Translations under genes and position numbers: made by a program
Shown here: in pieces, positions 61,086 through 64,000 of the stretch
Layout of the letters: every line of letters starts with the position of its first letter
Numbering within the stretch: position 1 is the first letter of the stretch
Notes under the pieces: model-generated
What the model was told of the DNA's origin: nothing
What the model saw: only the letters and a program-made list of their open reading frames with translations
Databases searched by the model: none
DNA from: Octopus vulgaris
Taxonomy: Eukaryota
Length of the DNA: 64,000 nucleotides
Assembly (NCBI GenBank): GCA_951406725.2
Contig: OX597823.1
Location: forward strand, 63,426,001 to 63,490,000
Direction: 5' to 3'

Positions 61086-64000
61086 TCTATATCTCTCTAT
61101 ATATAAACGGCAGTTTGTCTGTGCGTGCTTCTGTGTGTCTGTTTTCTCGTACCCTCACCCTGACCACGGCTTTCAACCGATTCTGATGAAACTTGACACA
61201 CACATAGCCCAATGTCATAATTCAAAACTAACGCAGCGAAAATTTTGAAAAGTTCCCCCAGTTCTGAAAAAAATTGATAAATTCGACATGGGGTCGAGAA
61301 TCATAAACATGAACCACAGACTGTCTAGGGGACGCAACTCGAGAATCTAAGCTTTTTTTATGCAACGCATTATCTATGGTAGTTTTCACGACTTGCAATC
61401 GATTTTCACCAAACTCATGGTGAAGCTTAATGTTACCCTAAGAAACTCAATTCTGACTTTAGTTTTCCATGCAATACCTTACCATCAGAAACAATCGATA
61501 AAATCATGCCATTTTGGGAAATCGCGTTCAAATTCAAGATGACATATTTTCGACAATATCTTTCACAAATTGGCAGGAATCTTTTTTTTTTTCACAACGA
61601 GCATCATGTCTGCTCCAAGGAGCTATATAGCCCTTTTTATTCCAATAGGATACATTATTGGAAAAAATCGGTTAATTTAATCATATGTGGCACACATAGC
61701 AAACAAATTTGTGTATTAAACACAAACCAGACTGTCTAGGGGACGCAACTTGACCTTTTTAGCTATCGATAATTCGATCCAACCAATTCCTACCAGGAAG
61801 AAATTACATTCGAGACTTTACCCCCAACACCGCCACTTCTGCTAATAGCTGCTGCAGCCGCAAGTTATTCGAATACTTTTTTTGTTTAAACTTTCTTTAT
61901 AACTACCACCCCAAACGTTTTACCTTCAATTTTTGACGTACCCTAACGGTCCTCGGACGCTACTTGCAAACTCTTGGTTTATTATAAACCACTTTTGTCG
62001 TGTGCATCAAAAAACCTTTCCTTTCGTTTGTTCAGTTTGATCACTTTTGACTTTTTCGTTGTTGTCACTCACATTGCTGCCAGCTTTTTGGCCGTTTTTG
62101 TACATTTTTATACATTTTCGGATACTTACCCCACGAGCTCCTTTTTATTACACCTTTACCAAACACATTGCTATCCACCAAAATACTTACCCCACGTGTT
62201 CCTTTTTATTACACCTTTGCCAAACACATTGCTATCCACCAAAATGCCACCCAAGAAGAGAAGGACCCTCCTCAGCCCTCGGACGGCCAAGGCATCGGCT
62301 GCTAGGGCTAGAAGGGCACGCGAGACCCACGAGGAAACCGCCTTGCGCCTCTCGCAAACAGCTTCCCGTTATGCCGCTGCTCAGGCATCTGAAACTACTA
62401 GCGACCGTTCTACCCGACTTGCAAGGGTCGCAGCGTACAGATCTTCCCTCCGCTCGAGGTTGACGAAAGAGCAACAGTCCAGCCAAAACATGCGGGCTTC
62501 TTACTGTGCTTCCATCCGCAGAGCTCGCGAGAACCCCGAACAAAGGGCCATTCGGAATGCGGCTAACGCCACTAGCACCGCCAGGACACGATCTGTCGAA
62601 ACCTCACAGCAGAGGAGAACTCGCCAATGTGCTGACGCCGCAAACAAAGCCATGGCCAAAGCTGCCGAAACACCTCAACAGAGGAGAGCTCGCCAAGCTG
62701 CTAACGCCGCAAACAGCCAGGGCTCGATCTGCCGAAACTCCACACCAACGGACTATTCGGACATCCAGACATGCCATTAGCACTGCTTCTGCTAGGGCTT
62801 CAGAGGGTGCTGAGGCGAGAGCTGAAAGGCTTTCAAGGGATGCCACTGCTACCGCTGTCGCACGTGCATCTGAATCTGCTGAGGCACGGTGCACTCGACT
62901 TGAGAGTATCAACAAACGTCGGGATATCATTCGTGGTGTACGCACCCCTGCCCCCGCTTTCTGGTTGTCACTAGCATTCAACTACGACGCCACAATTAAC
63001 TTCTCCTTGCGTGACGACATCAAGATAGGGTCAATGACAATTGTATGCCAGTTTTGCAAAGCCAAGAAATGGCCCGGAGAGCCACCTGGTTTGTGCTGCT
63101 CTGGTGGCAAAGTGGACCTGCCACCCCTACGGGAACCACCTCAACCACTGAAGGATCTCGCGGCGGGTTTAACCCCCAATTCGTCACAATTCCTTGAAAT
63201 AATTCGAAAGTACAACTGCTCATTCCAAATGACCTCTTTCGGGGCCAAAATTCCTCCCAGAGAAGGCTGGATGCCTACTTTCAAAGTGCAGGGACAGGTC
63301 TACCATCTTATTGGGTCACTTCTGCCAGACGAGATTCAGCAGTCTTCTTTCCTCCAAATATACTTCATTGCCGACTACAACCACCAGGTTGATGCACGCC
63401 TTGGAATAATACCGGGTACAAGCTATGTTCCCCGCAAAGACATTCTTCTCCGTCTCCAAACCATGCTTCATGATATCAACAGCTACGTCTGCAGCTTCAG
63501 ATATGCCTTGGACAGTGCTCCATCTCCAAACTTCACCGTTGTCATTGATGCTGATAAACGACCCCACGGGGAGCACGAACGCCGTTTCAACGCACCTGCG
63601 TGCAACGAAATTGCCGCAGTCATACACGGAGAGCAACACAACAGCCGTGACATAATCATCTCCTCCCGTGGTAACAACCTACACAGGATCAGCGAGACTC
63701 ACAGATCTTATGACGCGCTTCAGTATCCATTGCTTTCCCCTTATGGGGAAGACGGCTACCACTTCGGAATTCCTTTACGGCAGCCCTTCAATCAAACTAC
63801 TGCGGCATCAAAGACGGTTTCCTACAGGGCGTTCTACTCATACCGGTTCATGGTCAGGGAGGGTGAGTTCAACTTATTGCCCCGTTGTCGTCAGCTATTC
63901 AACCAGTTCGCCGTCGACATGGCCGCAAAAATGGAATCGGAAAGGCTGCTATACATTAAACTTAATCAGACCAAACTTCGCTCCGACTCCTACATTCATC
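61086..64000 (+). mobile_element. Helitron, autonomous type (5' part; continues past the window)
   Basis: A|TC 5' end; first ~540 bp shared with 17533-18057; RepHel coding sequence downstream. Confidence 0.92.
62244..64000 (+). pseudogene. Helitron RepHel N-terminal region, frameshift near 62712, then open to the window end
   Basis: MPPKKRR start; ET.(E/Q)QR repeats; CQFCKAKKWPGEPPGLCCSGGKV finger; IRKYNCSFQMTSFG; FKVQGQVYH; HERRFNAP; HRSYDALQYPL; LFNQFAVD..KMESERL. Confidence 0.9.

Overview
AT-rich, repeat-saturated eukaryotic DNA, intronic or intergenic. The tRNA-derived SINE families, (TA)n/(CATA)n/(TAA)n density and TTAGGG repeats point to a cephalopod (Octopus-like) genome; this comes from recall, not a database search. 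No complete host gene is recognisable, only a few candidate exons. Transposable elements present: a near-complete Penelope-like element (PLE; RT + GIY-YIG) with a second 3' copy and another GIY-YIG remnant, a DD34E Tc1 with a flipped left end, mariner/hAT/other MITEs, two Gypsy fragments, RTE, RTEX-like, CR1-like, Tx1/L1-like and RLE (R4/Dong-like) LINE fragments, Helentron-type non-autonomous elements, and a Helitron (RepHel running off the window) with its non-autonomous derivative. The most striking signal is not in the ORF track: about 10 well-formed and about 10 degenerate minimal type-I hammerhead ribozyme (HHR) motifs from several distinct sequence families. Most sit in short modules bracketed by (TA)n, and several are arranged as head-to-head inverted pairs. 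They include a TSD-flanked palindromic tRNA-fragment + hammerhead element, U3-A8 compensatory core variants, an A6U core variant conserved in two copies, and an 85-nt branched helix II. All motifs were read by eye and activity is untested.
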